This document shows, in pieces, positions 31,455 through 43,909 of a stretch of 64,000 nucleotides of DNA. The notes under the pieces are model-generated. The model saw only the letters and a list, made by a program, of their open reading frames with translations. It was not told the DNA's origin and searched no databases. Position numbers and translations under genes: made by a program. Where the stretch lies: the NCBI GenBank assembly GCA_964016885.1, contig OZ024741.1, forward strand, positions 232,624,001 to 232,688,000, written 5' to 3'. This stretch comes from Eledone cirrhosa (taxonomy: Eukaryota). Position 1 is the stretch's first letter. The number at the start of each line of letters is the position of its first letter.

Positions 31455-33807
31455 TTGTTATATTTTGGGAGGGTCATGTTGCCAATAAGAAACACACGCA
31501 CCAGGTGCTTTCACTTCAATTTATTATAATAAATTTATAAATTTAGGAATTTATAAATTTCCGGTTGGTTGGTTGGTTCCACAACCAGATGGTTGTTTAT
31601 ATATTGTCAAAGTTCTTTCGTCACACATTCTGTGACCTCTTCAGTGACTGGGGATTCTTTTCTTTGTTTTTGTGCCTCTCCTTTGTTCTGTCCTACGCCA
31701 TCTTGTTTCTGTGTGTGTGTTGTGTGCTCAGTCTGCGCATGCGCCACATCCGGGTGTATGTGTGTGTTTATATTCGTTTATTTATTTGTTTATTTACATG
31801 TTACTGGTTGGTTGTTTGTTCTATGTGCGTGTGTGTTTTCATTTTGTCCTTAATTGTAAGTTGTGATGTTGCTGTTCCACTCATGTTTTTTATTTAATTT
31901 AGGTTGTAATTCTTTTATGTTTATTGCCTCTGTGATTTGTCTAAACATTGCGTCTTTTCTGTGTGTAAATTCTATTTTTATTTCTATGTTCTCTAATTTA
32001 CCCTTATGTTCTATTTTAGCATCTTGGTAGAGTACAGATGATTCTTTACTATCTTGAAGGTCTCGCCAGTGTTCATTTATCCGTTCCCCTACATTACGAG
32101 CTGTCTCACCTATGTACACTATATTTTTATCTCTACATTGTTCTTCAGTACATCTTATGCTATATACTACATTTCTAGTTTTACAGTTAATATGGGGGCT
32201 TAATTTACAGATTATACATTTCTTATCTATACAGGGGGGTCTTTGAAAAGGGTATGTCTTGCTAATAAGTGTTTTTATGGAGGTATTATTATGGTATTTA
32301 TTGCTATCATACCATGAGTTTATTCTATTAGTCTTATTTCTAGTTCTTTTTATTCTATTCCAAAATTTGCTCCTATACAAGGGGCAGGTCCCATTAGTGT
32401 CATTATTTACCATTTTTTCACATTTGGTTCTGGCTCCTCTATATACTCTGATTTTATCTCTCTGATTGTAACCAGAGAACTGCATACGGTGGATGAAGTG
32501 TTGTATGTGTCTCTCTAGTTCTTCGGGGTTGCACATGCGGGACACGGTTCTCATCACCCGTACTAAATCCGCAATCAGTATGTTGATTTTGGTATGGTCC
32601 GAAACAGCTGAGTTTCGGTGGATCAGATATTTGGAAGTCATGGGTTTGGCATAATGGAAATGGAGGATTTGTTTTTTGTTATTAATGGTATCTAACCAGA
32701 GCTCTGTGTCTAGTACAGGTAATCGATGGTTGGGGTGTTTGCTTGGGAGTCTATAGTAACTCTAATGCTCTGGTGGATGGAGTTTGCTATTTGCTGGATG
32801 CTTTCCATTGTGTTTTTCTCTAGTTCCTGACTGTTCTTTAGTGGGGGTGTCTTAACTACGATGTTTATATCATCTACGTAGCGGGAGTACATTATCAGGG
32901 TTAAGCTGTCTTCTAATTGTTCATTAAGTTTTTGTTTAAGTCTACTGTCCCACCATACCATGAATAAGTTAGCTATGTCGCCTGCAATGCTAACACCAAT
33001 GGCTGCTCCCTGCTCTTGGGCATATGTTTTTCCATTAAATTTGAACATATGTTCCTTAAGGGTTAATTTTATGCTGGCCCCCACCGCATGTGCAATCATT
33101 TTCTTTAGTTCATCGTGATTTTCGGGTGTCCGTATGGCTCTGGTCCACCCGTTCCATCTATCTGTGTGGGTTTTCTTGGCCATTGAGGTAATGGTAGGTG
33201 GTCTGCCTCTTGCTGGTCTTGTAGGACACAGGTTGCTAAGGTCATATGTGTCTAGATAATTATTACTATAGGTAAGTTTAAGTAGGAGTCCCAGCTCACT
33301 GGTATCAATCCCACGGAACTCAACATTGCTCTCACACATCATTTCTACACATTTCTCCACAGCAAAATCCACGTCAATAGATGGATACAGGGACACAACA
33401 TCCATACTACCTATTATGCAGTTTGCTAGGTCCCTAGATCGGTTACTCTCGCCGATTCTGCTGAGGAGGTCCTCCGTACTGCCACATACATCTGTGGACA
33501 TTTCAATGATGGGGCGTATGATCAGGGGGAGGAAGTAGGACAGTCTGCAGTTACTAGCAATGTTAGCTCCACAGACTGGCCGTGTTGGTTGTCCCGTGAC
33601 AGAGTCACTGCCCGTTTTATGGTCTTTTCGAAGCCCATACAACGCTGGCACGTCATTGTTCCAGGCCTGGAAGATGTTGGCAGTCCTTTTGTTGGGCTGC
33701 ATTATATTCGTCCACATCACCATATGGGCATTGAGGGATTTTTCTCTATCCTCATGCTCTTGTGGTGTTACTTCTCTTGTGTTAGTGATGTGGGGTTTCA
33801 TTGGGAC

Positions 33808-33810
<3 letters not shown>
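31455..33810 (-). mobile_element. Nematis-like PLE, 5'-truncated
   Basis: ORFs 33810-32710 (GLRKDHK, GSMDVVSLYPSI, QGAAIG, RYVDDI) and 32641-31850 (VVYSIRC..YIGETAR..EH); HHR at 31606-31648; clade name is inference. Confidence 0.88.
31606..31648 (-). ncRNA. Minimal type I hammerhead
   Basis: gtca-CTGAAGA-g-gtcaca gaatg tgtgac-GAAAG aa CTT-tgac. Confidence 0.82.
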
Positions 33811-33861
<51 letters not shown>

Positions 33862-33894
33862 ATACATAGATATATATATATATATAATATATAA

Positions 33895-35340
33895 TATTCA
33901 CTCTCGAGTATAAAAAGTGCAATATAGAACGAACTAGGAAACAGTTACGTAGGTTCCTTAAAAGCTTTAATCTAAGTATTACCATAGATGCAAATGACAA
34001 AACAGTAAACTTTTTAGATGCCACCCTTGACCTAGAAACTAAAACATTTGCACCCTACCACAAACCTAATGATAGACTAACATACGTAAACGCCAGCTCT
34101 AACCACCCCAAATCAGTCCTAAACGCTATTCCCAAAGGGGTCTGTAATAGAATTAGCAGACTGAGAGTATCTTCAACTCCAATGCAGAGTATTATAACAA
34201 GGCCCTAGCGGAATCTGGTTACGGGAATAGATTATCATATATACATAAGGACTCCCAAACCACGAGTATGACACCTACCAACATAATCACACATAGTATG
34301 GCCACAAAGCCTAACCAACTTAGAGGCAAGAATAATAGTAAGAACCCTAATGGCGGTAACCCAGCTAAATGTAAACCACGTAGAGACAATACAAGAGTCC
34401 CTCACCACAACTCTAAAGCAGAAAATGGTCATGCCATGAATATAAACAAAGCAAAGCAGACAGCGCCACTAACTTTAATAACGGAACCCTACAAAATAGT
34501 ACGCACAGTAACGAGACTCACCCCACAGATAAGAAAAATAGAAGAAGGAAAAACACGTATTTTAACCCACCTTTTAACTCTGAGGTCCGTACTAACCTCC
34601 CCAGAGTATTCTTCTCATTATTAGAAAAAAACTTCCCACCAAGCAATAGATATTACAACATAATTAACAAAAACGTGATTAAATTATCCTATTCGACCAC
34701 ACATAACCTCGCATCACACCTAGCACGCACGAACATTAGGAAGACTAGGGAAGGTTTCGAAACAATTAAAATGGCAGCTAACCACCAGCAACCGACTACA
34801 CTGAGAAATATGCAACATAATAGTATCACCGAGCCATCTAATGGTATAGACGCACCTAGTGATTATGCTAGTAACCAAAGTCCGGGAGGTACGCTAACTG
34901 ATCGAACCCGCAGTTGCAATTGTAGGCGGAGTAGTAACTGTCCCCTAAGGGGGGCTTGCCTCATGAAAAACATCGTATATGCATGTGACGTAACCACACC
35001 CAACTCTACCAAAACATATATAGGATCAACGTCCAATACATTTAAAACAAGATATAACGCGCATATGGGCACATTCAGACACGATAGACATAAGAATGCC
35101 ACTTCACTGGCGGGATACATCTCCTTTTTAAAAAATAATAGTACCCCATACAAACTTTTTTGGAGGAAGCTTATTAGATCCACGCCATACCGACCGCAGA
35201 GCGGGAGTTGTGACCTGTGTTTACTAGAATGCCATGCCATAATACACTCTAAACTGAACCTGCTTAACAGGAAATCTGTAATTTTCTCCTCTTGCCAACA
35301 CAAAATCCTGAGTTCCTTCTATTTTAAACCTAGCACATAG
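33895..35340 (+). mobile_element. Naiad-like PLE (family M): RT thumb, linker, GIY-YIG; 3' UTR may extend to ~38330
   Basis: VNFLDATLDL..PYHKPN..SSNHP; CNCRRSSNCPLRGACL..IVY..YIGSTSNTFKTRYNAH..CDLC. Confidence 0.88.
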
Positions 35341-35979
35341 ACGTAACATATATTACGCAACCCCCACCCAGATATACCCATGCTTCATTATAACTCCTCC
35401 CCCCCCCCCCCCAACCCATAACCCAGATAGATAGGTAGCCTATAGGTGGAACAGTCCCCCACCGGGCTACAGCTTTGGGAGAATAGATTTTGGGACATGA
35501 GACGGTGTAGAGTAAATGAAATGTCATACTCTCATCTAGGTTACACCACTGCTGGATGGCATTTATCTTAGCCCTCATCTTAAGTTGCGCTGCACGTCCG
35601 CCCCATAATACTGCAGGCTCCCCTGCGGCTCATTCATTTATTTATTTCTCTATGGACCCCCATAAATACGCCTATGTGAGTGCATGTCATCGAATATAGG
35701 TGTGTGCATGCGTGTGGGCCTACGTGTGTGTGCGTTGGTCTGTCGTGGAACGAGGGGGCGCATGTGTGTGCGTATATGTGTGCACTGGCCAGTACCGCGG
35801 CATGATCACATTCTGTGGATCCAATGTCATATGCCTTATATATTGTGGGTAAACCTCTATCGCTATATTAAACCCTCAGGTTCCGTATATCTTAAATCTC
35901 GCTCACCTCCACGTGTCTGTGTATATGCATGCGTGTCGTGGGGTAGTGATCTATATGTCTGTGTGTAGGTGAATGTGGG

Positions 35980-36049
<70 letters not shown>

Positions 36050-38241
36050 AATACATGTGTGTGTACATGTGTGTGTGCACGCATGCATATGGGGGAACAT
36101 CTACCCATGCGCTAGTGCACCCCAACCTCTGGTGCCTGTGTGTGTGTGTATGCATGCGTACATATATGGGTGTGTATGAGTGTGTGTATGTCTGCGCGCA
36201 TAGCCATATATAACAATACACCCCAGCCTCTATCATCTGTGCGTGTGTATGCGTGTGCGTGTGTGTGTGCATGAGTATATACATATATGCGTGTCTGAGT
36301 GTGCGTGTCGCTGTCCATGTGTACACTTGGACAGATGCGGGAACGTATGCGGGTGTGCATTCATATACTAGTTCACCCCAACCTCCACCATAAAAGCAGG
36401 GCTTCTTCCTCCCTATTCCCTATTGCCTTTCTTGTATGATACAGGTGAACATCCCCTCATGTAATAACACACTATATATTATATATTATGTATTTCGCTA
36501 TGTGTCGCCGAAAGGTTATTTGGAGGGAACTCTCGGAGAGAGAATTTTCTTCTCTAGAAGTCTTCTCTATATGCGGTGTTTAGCATGAATTCCTGCTATA
36601 ATACTCTTCTTTGAGAGGAGCACGATATGTAAAGTAACATATATGTATTGTCGCAGTGGAAACTAAGAACCCCCCCCCCTGCCCCCTGCTGACCCAAATG
36701 TATACTGATGACCAGAACACCACTTTCCACAATATAAGAGAATAATGCGGTTGCCGGAATATTGATGACCAAAACATCACACTCCAAGGTCATGGCAAAA
36801 CACAGTGACTGGTAAACACGACCAAAACATCACAACATGGACATCGGAACAACAGAGATCTAGGAATATCAGATATAATATCAATAAGGGCATCAATTGA
36901 ATTTCTTTCGCGTTGAAATACATATAAATATGTGTCTGTGTGTATCGGACACACGTACACACGAAGAAACTGGTAACCTAAATGTACCTGTCATGCCTGA
37001 CCGAATTCCCAGGAGAATTTTCGGTCAGTTGCTATCTTGACCGCTTGCCCTCACAGTTACTACGTAGCAGTTCTTGCACGTGACTGCTAGACCCGGATGA
37101 AACGAAGACGAAGAACTTCCTTGCGTGCCGTTATTTACCACAGATGCGATTTCACTCTGCCTCGTTAATGTTCAATCAACACCAAAGTTCTACGTTCTGG
37201 GCAATAGATTTGAATCCAACCACCGACAATATAGTTAGATGACCGATAATCAAACCAAACGGGAGTACTGTGATCCTTGTGATTTGAGAAATACAACCAC
37301 TGATAGTGTATCGAAGACCAGAAAACCATACTCCATAATATAGAACCTAGTGACTGATTTATGCGACCAAAATAACACTACACACATATTGGGTCAGCAA
37401 CGAACCAGGAATATTGGATGCTCCGTCAATGACCGGGTAAGCACAAATAGAATTCTATTTGCATTGAAATATACGAACTTGTGGATCTGTTGTGAGGTCG
37501 AACACAAAAACACACGACCGCACAGATGAACGATGGACTATGCCATATGGGTTGGACTTGCAAGTGCATTGAAAGATGTGTAACTCTAATATACATATTA
37601 TTTATTATTAAGATGTATAAACTTGACACACTTATTATCATCTTATATTCTCTCAACTAATCACATTATGATTATATTTCTCTCTCCCGTTATCTCGCCC
37701 CATATTTATAATATTTTTATTTGACAAAATCTGTTTTCTTACATTGTGTTTTTCCCTCTCTGATACTTGCTTATATTTTTTATATATTCTCTATATATCT
37801 TTTATATATTTTTTTATTTTTATTTTCATTTTTATCCTCCTTATATTTTATTTTATTCTTACTTTTATATCTTATTATAGTGAAATCTTCCCTATGCCTT
37901 ATTATACATTATTAACTATAGATTATTATTATTCTTATTCCATTTCTAATTACCTCATGTACTTTCTCCTCCGTTATATATATATTATATGCCCTTTGTG
38001 TGTGTGTAGCCTCTGCACACCCTCTGCACCCTACTATCAATGCCACCCCATATATGGCTCCACTAACCACTCGACTCCCGGGAATGAATATGACCACAGC
38101 TAGTAAACAAGGACCTACACCCCTCCCTCCCGCACCTAAATTAGACTTATTGTCCCCTGCTTTTGCTCTTTACTCTCTTTACACTTTGTTCTTGAATGTT
38201 TGGTTGGTAGAGTCCATAACACCAATCAAACCCCTTTAATA

Positions 38242-38286
38242 GCTCTGAAGAATCCTACGGTTACGTAAGGAAGAAACATTGTAAGC
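38242..38286 (+). ncRNA. Type I hammerhead
   Basis: gct-CTGAAGA-a-tcctacg gtta cgtaagga-a-GAAAC att GTA-agc then AATAAA; (TA)n ~45 bp downstream. Confidence 0.82.
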
Positions 38287-38328
38287 CAATAAAAAATGTT
38301 TGATGTTGTAGACGCTCTTCTGTTCTTT

Positions 38329-38389
<61 letters not shown>

Positions 38390-38583
38390 ATGTGTGTGTA
38401 TATATTTATATATATGTATATATATATTTATATATATATATATGTATATATATATATGTATATATATATGAAACAGTTGTAGTCCTGTAGAAGATTTTAT
38501 ATATTAAATATAATTTGTTTCGTAATGAGTAGTTTACTTACTGTGCTTAACCCCTGATTGAATCCTGGATAAACCTATCTTAC

Positions 38584-38639
<56 letters not shown>

Positions 38640-38647
<8 letters not shown>

Positions 38648-39459
38648 GTTCATACATATATGTATACAGACGTACAGTAGTATGTATATATATATATACA
38701 TACATGCACACATATATATATGTACGTATGAATTCACGTATGGATTAGTAAGCTTGAAACTAGTACAGCGTTCCTTTGTCAGTGTTGAACAAACGAGCAA
38801 CGAAGGTTGCTGGACACTACGGCTTAATACGGGATGTTTGTTTACAAACACACCGAGCATTATAATAAATGTTCGGTGAATCCATACGTACATATATATA
38901 TGTGTGCATGTATGTATATATATATATACATACTACTGTACGTCTGTATACATATATGTATGTACGAGTACATACTTATATTTAAGTAACAGCCGTACTA
39001 AGAGTGGGAAATGAAATTTCGTTTCATTTTTTCCGTTTATCGTTTTCGGTGCACCCGGCCGAGTAACCCACTCGATATGCAAATTGGGCTACTCAGCCGT
39101 TAATATGCATAAGGTAAGTATATACGTTCAACAATCTGGCAGGAAGGTATACGTTGCTGACGATAGCTAATAAGCTTGAAACTAGTACAGCGTTCCTTTG
39201 TCAGTGTTGAACAAACGAGCAACGATGGTTGCTGGACACTACGGCTTAATACGGGATGTTTGTTTACAAACACACCGAGCATTATAATAAATGTTCGGTG
39301 AATCCATACGTACATATATATATGCGTGCATGTATGTATATATATATACATACTACTGTACGTCTGTATACATATATGTATGTACGTGTACATACTTATA
39401 TTTAAGTAACAGCCGTACTAAGAGTGGGAAATGAAATTTCGTTTCATTTTTTCCGTTTA
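38640..39459 (+). mobile_element. Family A tandem copy (unit ~422 bp)
   Basis: Sequence at 38881 recurs at 39303; HHR at 39152-39192 and partial at ~38748-38770; inverted 5' piece 38640-38735. Confidence 0.85.
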
Positions 39460-39469
39460 TATATATATA

Positions 39470-39955
39470 TATGGCAGGGCGCTGAGTCTTGCTGCCACAC
39501 ATACGGCCTACCTGCAGCTACCGGGTCGATCCAGGGCTTTACTATCTCGCTCAGACCGCGGATGTAGCCATCGGTGTTCAGCTTGAGGCCCTCAGGCAAG
39601 AAGTGAGGTGGCATGACGTCACCGTGACTGCTGACGACACCTAAGACCAATTGTTGTCGCTGGAAACTTTGTCTGCATGACTCTGGGCACGTCTTTGGAT
39701 GAGACAGCGAGCGACCTGTTGTTCTGGGAGTTGATCTTCTGGTCCTTATTTGTCCTCCCGGCGCGGATTCCAAGAAGGACTTCGTGTCTCTTCCACAAAT
39801 TTGGAGGTTCAAAATTATTCATAATCAATTATTCTGAAAATAAATAATGGAAATATAGTCACTGTTTTTATGAAGACAAGAGTGACAACGGAAGTAAAAA
39901 AAATTTGCCTAAAATTAGCAGTTGAAAATTGCGAACAAATATCGTCCGCACCCTG
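39470..39955 (-). mobile_element. Tc1/mariner (probably DD37D/maT-type) deleted fragment with 5' TIR
   Basis: TA-CAGGGTG end at 39955; GVVSSHGDVMPPHF..VKPWI..YVWQQDSAPCH. Confidence 0.82.
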
Positions 39956-40125
39956 TAAATTCAAATTACTACATTAATAACAGTATTAATGAAAAAGTAA
40001 TAAAGGAAGGGGGAAGACGGAAATGAGAGGGGTAAAAAGAAGAATGGCGAAAGAGAGAACGAAGATATAGTTAAATGTATAACCGGCAAAGTTACGAAAT
40101 CAAACTATCACATCAAAATAAATAT

Positions 40126-40241
40126 AATTGTTTCTACTTTTTGCACAAGGCCAGCAATTACCCAGTACATTACTGGTACTTTATTTTATCGACCCCGTAA
40201 GGATGAAAGGCAAAGTTAACCTCGGCGGGATTTGAACTCAG
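40126..40241 (-). mobile_element. tRNA-derived SINE fragment
   Basis: gagttcaaatcc B-box followed by ctttgcctttcatcc..ggggtcgataaa. Confidence 0.8.
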
Positions 40242-40841
40242 AATGGCAAGGGATATTAATAATAAAGATACAGATAGAAAGAAAGAAAGGGGGATGTAGT
40301 AAAGGCAGAGAAGAAAAAGAAGGATGAATAAGGAAGAGGAGAAAGAGATAGAGAAAGATTAAGAAGGAGGAATGAAGCAGGGAAGGATAATAATTATTGA
40401 TGAATACGGGATAGGAAGGAGAGAAAAAGGAAGATAAACATACGGACGAATATACATTACTGCAGGGATGAAAGCAAATAAGAAATAGAGATTTAAGAAA
40501 AGTGATAAATAAATAAATAAACAAATAAATAAATAAATAAATGCAGAAATAAAGGGATAGATAAATAGATAAATGAATAGATAAATGAATAAATAAACAA
40601 CAATTTACATCTATCGTTATATAAAATAGAATATTATGTGAAACGTAGATACGAGAATAAATAAATAAATAATAACTAAATATATAAAAAATTGAATATT
40701 TAAATTAGCTAATTTGAGATGTATTACATGATAGGATAAAATGATCGAGATGAAATAGGTTTAAGTGGAGAAATGCAAAGACATGGTGAAAGATGTAGGT
40801 GTATAAGATAATAAATGATGTAAATACAAATAAAATAAAAA

Positions 40842-40995
40842 TAATTGTTTCTACTTTAGGCACAAGGCCAGCAATTACCCAGTACATTACTGGTACTTTA
40901 TTTTATCGACCCCGTAAGGATGAAAGGCAAAGTTAACCTCGGCGGGATTTGAACTCAGACTGTAAAGGGACGTAACTATGCTAGAAAGCATGGCG
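40842..40995 (-). mobile_element. tRNA-derived SINE fragment
   Basis: Near-identical to 40126-40241 and homologous to 47905-48082. Confidence 0.8.
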
Positions 40996-40999
40996 ATAA

Positions 41000-41970
41000 T
41001 GATGTAAAAACAAATGTTCTGAAGTTGTTCTTTGGTAATTATAAAGTTAGTGATAATTTGATATCGTAATAGATACTAAAGGTATAAAAAGGGATAAGGA
41101 ATAGAAAATGGAGTTAAGCTGGTCTAAAGTTCAGGAATTTCGTGCTGATTTGTGCTGGCAAAAGATAGTTCGTTCAATTCTACTGTTAAGAAGGGTTTTA
41201 CTGAAATTAATAATTTGGAAAAGCTCCATATTACAGAGCCTACAATGGGACATACCAGTTTGATAGCCCTTAGCTTAAGACAGTATTGACCAACTGATCT
41301 CGTATTCAGTGCCTGCATTCCTGACTTGCCAGATTTTGTTGGCGAGAGTTGTTGTATTTGATTGATTTTTATGAATCATAGAATGTCTGTGCACGTACCA
41401 CCGTTTTTTAAAGTGGAACCAATGTAATACCATGCCAAGCTACCTGAGTTGATTGTACACAGGTATACTACATTTTTCTCCAGCCTTCTGTTTCGTAGAG
41501 GGCATTTGTCAGGTAAGTGGCAGTTACATAGAAATATTTTCCTATGCGCTGGTTCTACTATATGATTTTGAAGATTGTTATGTATGTGCTACGAATGAGG
41601 TTTGTTGATGTATTGTGGTGGTGTGCTCGGGCGTGTGTTCGGTTACGATGATGTAATATGCGTGTGTTCTGTATTTGGTGATATGGACCTTACATGCGGC
41701 CTACTTTGATTATGAATTCTTTTGTAGTTAATTTTGTGAATGTGCGATTGTATGTTGTTGGCAGTGGAGTATGATAGCTTGATAGTTTTTCTATTAAAGA
41801 TTTTGATATTTATTAATGTTAGGGAAGTGTTTGTCAACTAATTTAAAGAAAGTGAAAGGAAGCTTAGTTTAAATGCAGGAGTTAAACATTGGATTAAACC
41901 ATAAGTAGTTTCTATTTCTGCATCTTCTTTGGCTACTAGTGGTTTTTGTATTAGCATTCTGTTTATTATG
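41000..41970 (-). mobile_element. Family C Naiad-like PLE fragment (decayed GIY-YIG)
   Basis: LWFNPMFN, IKLSYSTANNI, CNCHLPDKCPL, YIGST; homologous to 59130-59970. Confidence 0.85.
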
Positions 41971-42805
41971 ATTATATATATATATATAAATGTATATGTG
42001 TATGTATATATATGTGTGCGTGTATGTGTGTGTATATATACATGTGTGTAGATGTATGTGTATATGTGAGTGTACGTGTGTATATATACATATATGTATG
42101 TGCAGACGTGCGTATGTATATATATATATATATCTGTGCGTGTATATGTATATGCACGAATGTGTACGTGTATGTGTGCATGTATATATACGGGTGCGTG
42201 TATGTGTGCGTATATACACGCGCGTGTGTGTATGTGCCTCTCGCTCTGCATGTATGCGTATATTTATGTGACTACTTATGTGTTTTGTGTATACATGGAT
42301 ATGTGTGTATACTTCTGGGCGTACATGTGTGAACGTAAGCACATAAGCTACTCTGTATGTATCTGTCCGTATCTCTGTGCTTGTGTGTGTGTATGCACGT
42401 GGGAGTGTGAGCTGGCTAACAGCGGTAATTTTGTCGACAGGACAGTTGGTGAGTGACAGATCACGCCCTGATGGTCAGCGGGCTGCTACCAGTGGTAAGA
42501 ATAATGATGACGTCACTAACCAGTGACCATCCCAAGGACGCAAGAGGTTATGTAAGAGGTTATGCTCCGAAATTAATAGACGTGTCCGAGGAAACTGCGA
42601 GTCTAGAGTCAGGTCGATTCACACACAGATCGTACCTCGAACTGTTCGCCGAAGAAACACTTGTAACACACAATAAATTGAGTTCGGATGCATCACTGAT
42701 TTTTGGTTTTCCATTCCATCATACTCTGGTCCGTAGGAGCATAGAGTCCTCAACCTGCATACCGCCTATGGAAGCATCTTAGCTACCATTAGACATATAT
42801 ATGTA

Positions 42806-42841
<36 letters not shown>

Positions 42842-42843
42842 GG

Positions 42844-42896
<53 letters not shown>

Positions 42897-43018
42897 GTAT
42901 ATATATATACATATATATATATACATATATATATGTATATATGTATATATATATATGTATATATATGTATATATGTATATATATATACATATATATATAT
43001 ATATGTGTGTGTACGTAT

Positions 43019-43050
<32 letters not shown>

Positions 43051-43102
43051 GTGTATATATGTATATATATATATGTATATATATATATGTGTGTGTACGT
43101 AT

Positions 43103-43136
<34 letters not shown>

Positions 43137-43151
43137 ATATGTTTATATATG

Positions 43152-43184
<33 letters not shown>

Positions 43185-43195
43185 GTATATATATA

Positions 43196-43465
43196 TATAG
43201 AAATTACAATAATCAAATTTCAGTTTAAATCATTTATTTGCTTACAATTGTAAGCAAATAAATGATTTAAACTGAACTTTGATTATTGTAATCTCTATAT
43301 AACTGCTCTGTAAACAACCGATGTTATTACATTGAGCTATTTATCTTACTGGTAATAAGATAGTAATTAATGACTATCTTTAACTATTTAAGGTTTGTAT
43401 AAAAAATATATTACCATAAAAGGTTTTATTACATACATAACCATAAATAGTATCCTTAATACTTA
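43196..43465 (+). mobile_element. Post-ribozyme leader of the 1-1875 PLE family with a ~100-bp fold-back
   Basis: 43250-43465 aligns with the reverse complement of ~660-871; palindrome centred on ttacaattgtaa. Confidence 0.75.
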
Positions 43466-43466
43466 T

Positions 43467-43499
<33 letters not shown>

Positions 43500-43670
43500 A
43501 AGGTGTATATAGAAAATACAATATATAGAGGGGAAAGACAGAAGAGTGTGTTTTTCTTTACAGGAATTTTAAACCACCAGCGAGAAGAGAATATAAGCTA
43601 CTAGAGGCATAGGAAAAACATTAAAATTAAAAGTATAAATTGAAATGAGAAACCAGCCTTATCTAAATCA

Positions 43671-43748
43671 CACATGTACACACTCACCAGGAGCATGTTT
43701 CGCCATTTTAGTGGGTTCCAATACGGCCCGGTGGGTCATCAGCATGTG
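43671..43748 (-). ncRNA. Type I hammerhead with stable stem III (family P)
   Basis: cacatg-CTGATGA-..gccgtatt..aaaatggc-GAAAcatgctc ctggt gagtgtGTA-catgtg; core-damaged copy at 46545-46622(+). Confidence 0.82.
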
Positions 43749-43909
43749 GAAGGTCGATATTGTCCCCACTACCAGAGAGAACTAAAGTAAACTACCTTTC
43801 GCACATGTAGACATAAGAGAAATGCGTGCGCGTGGCAGTTACCGGTAGCATTAACAGAACAAGCTGTTAGAAATGGCAGCCTTTACTATTCAATGTATGG
43901 TGCTCAACA

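Noticed and set aside
36700-36835. Three spaced gaccaaaacatcac-like repeats as a CRISPR-like array
   Set aside because: Short, degenerate, eukaryotic context, no cas genes
37240-37600. Faint GIY-YIG-like peptide (YTHIGSAT)
   Set aside because: Multiple stops and no other conserved motifs
42327-42794. Possible solo LTR (TG..AATAAA..CA)
   Set aside because: No second copy, TSD, PBS or PPT identified; boundaries ambiguous
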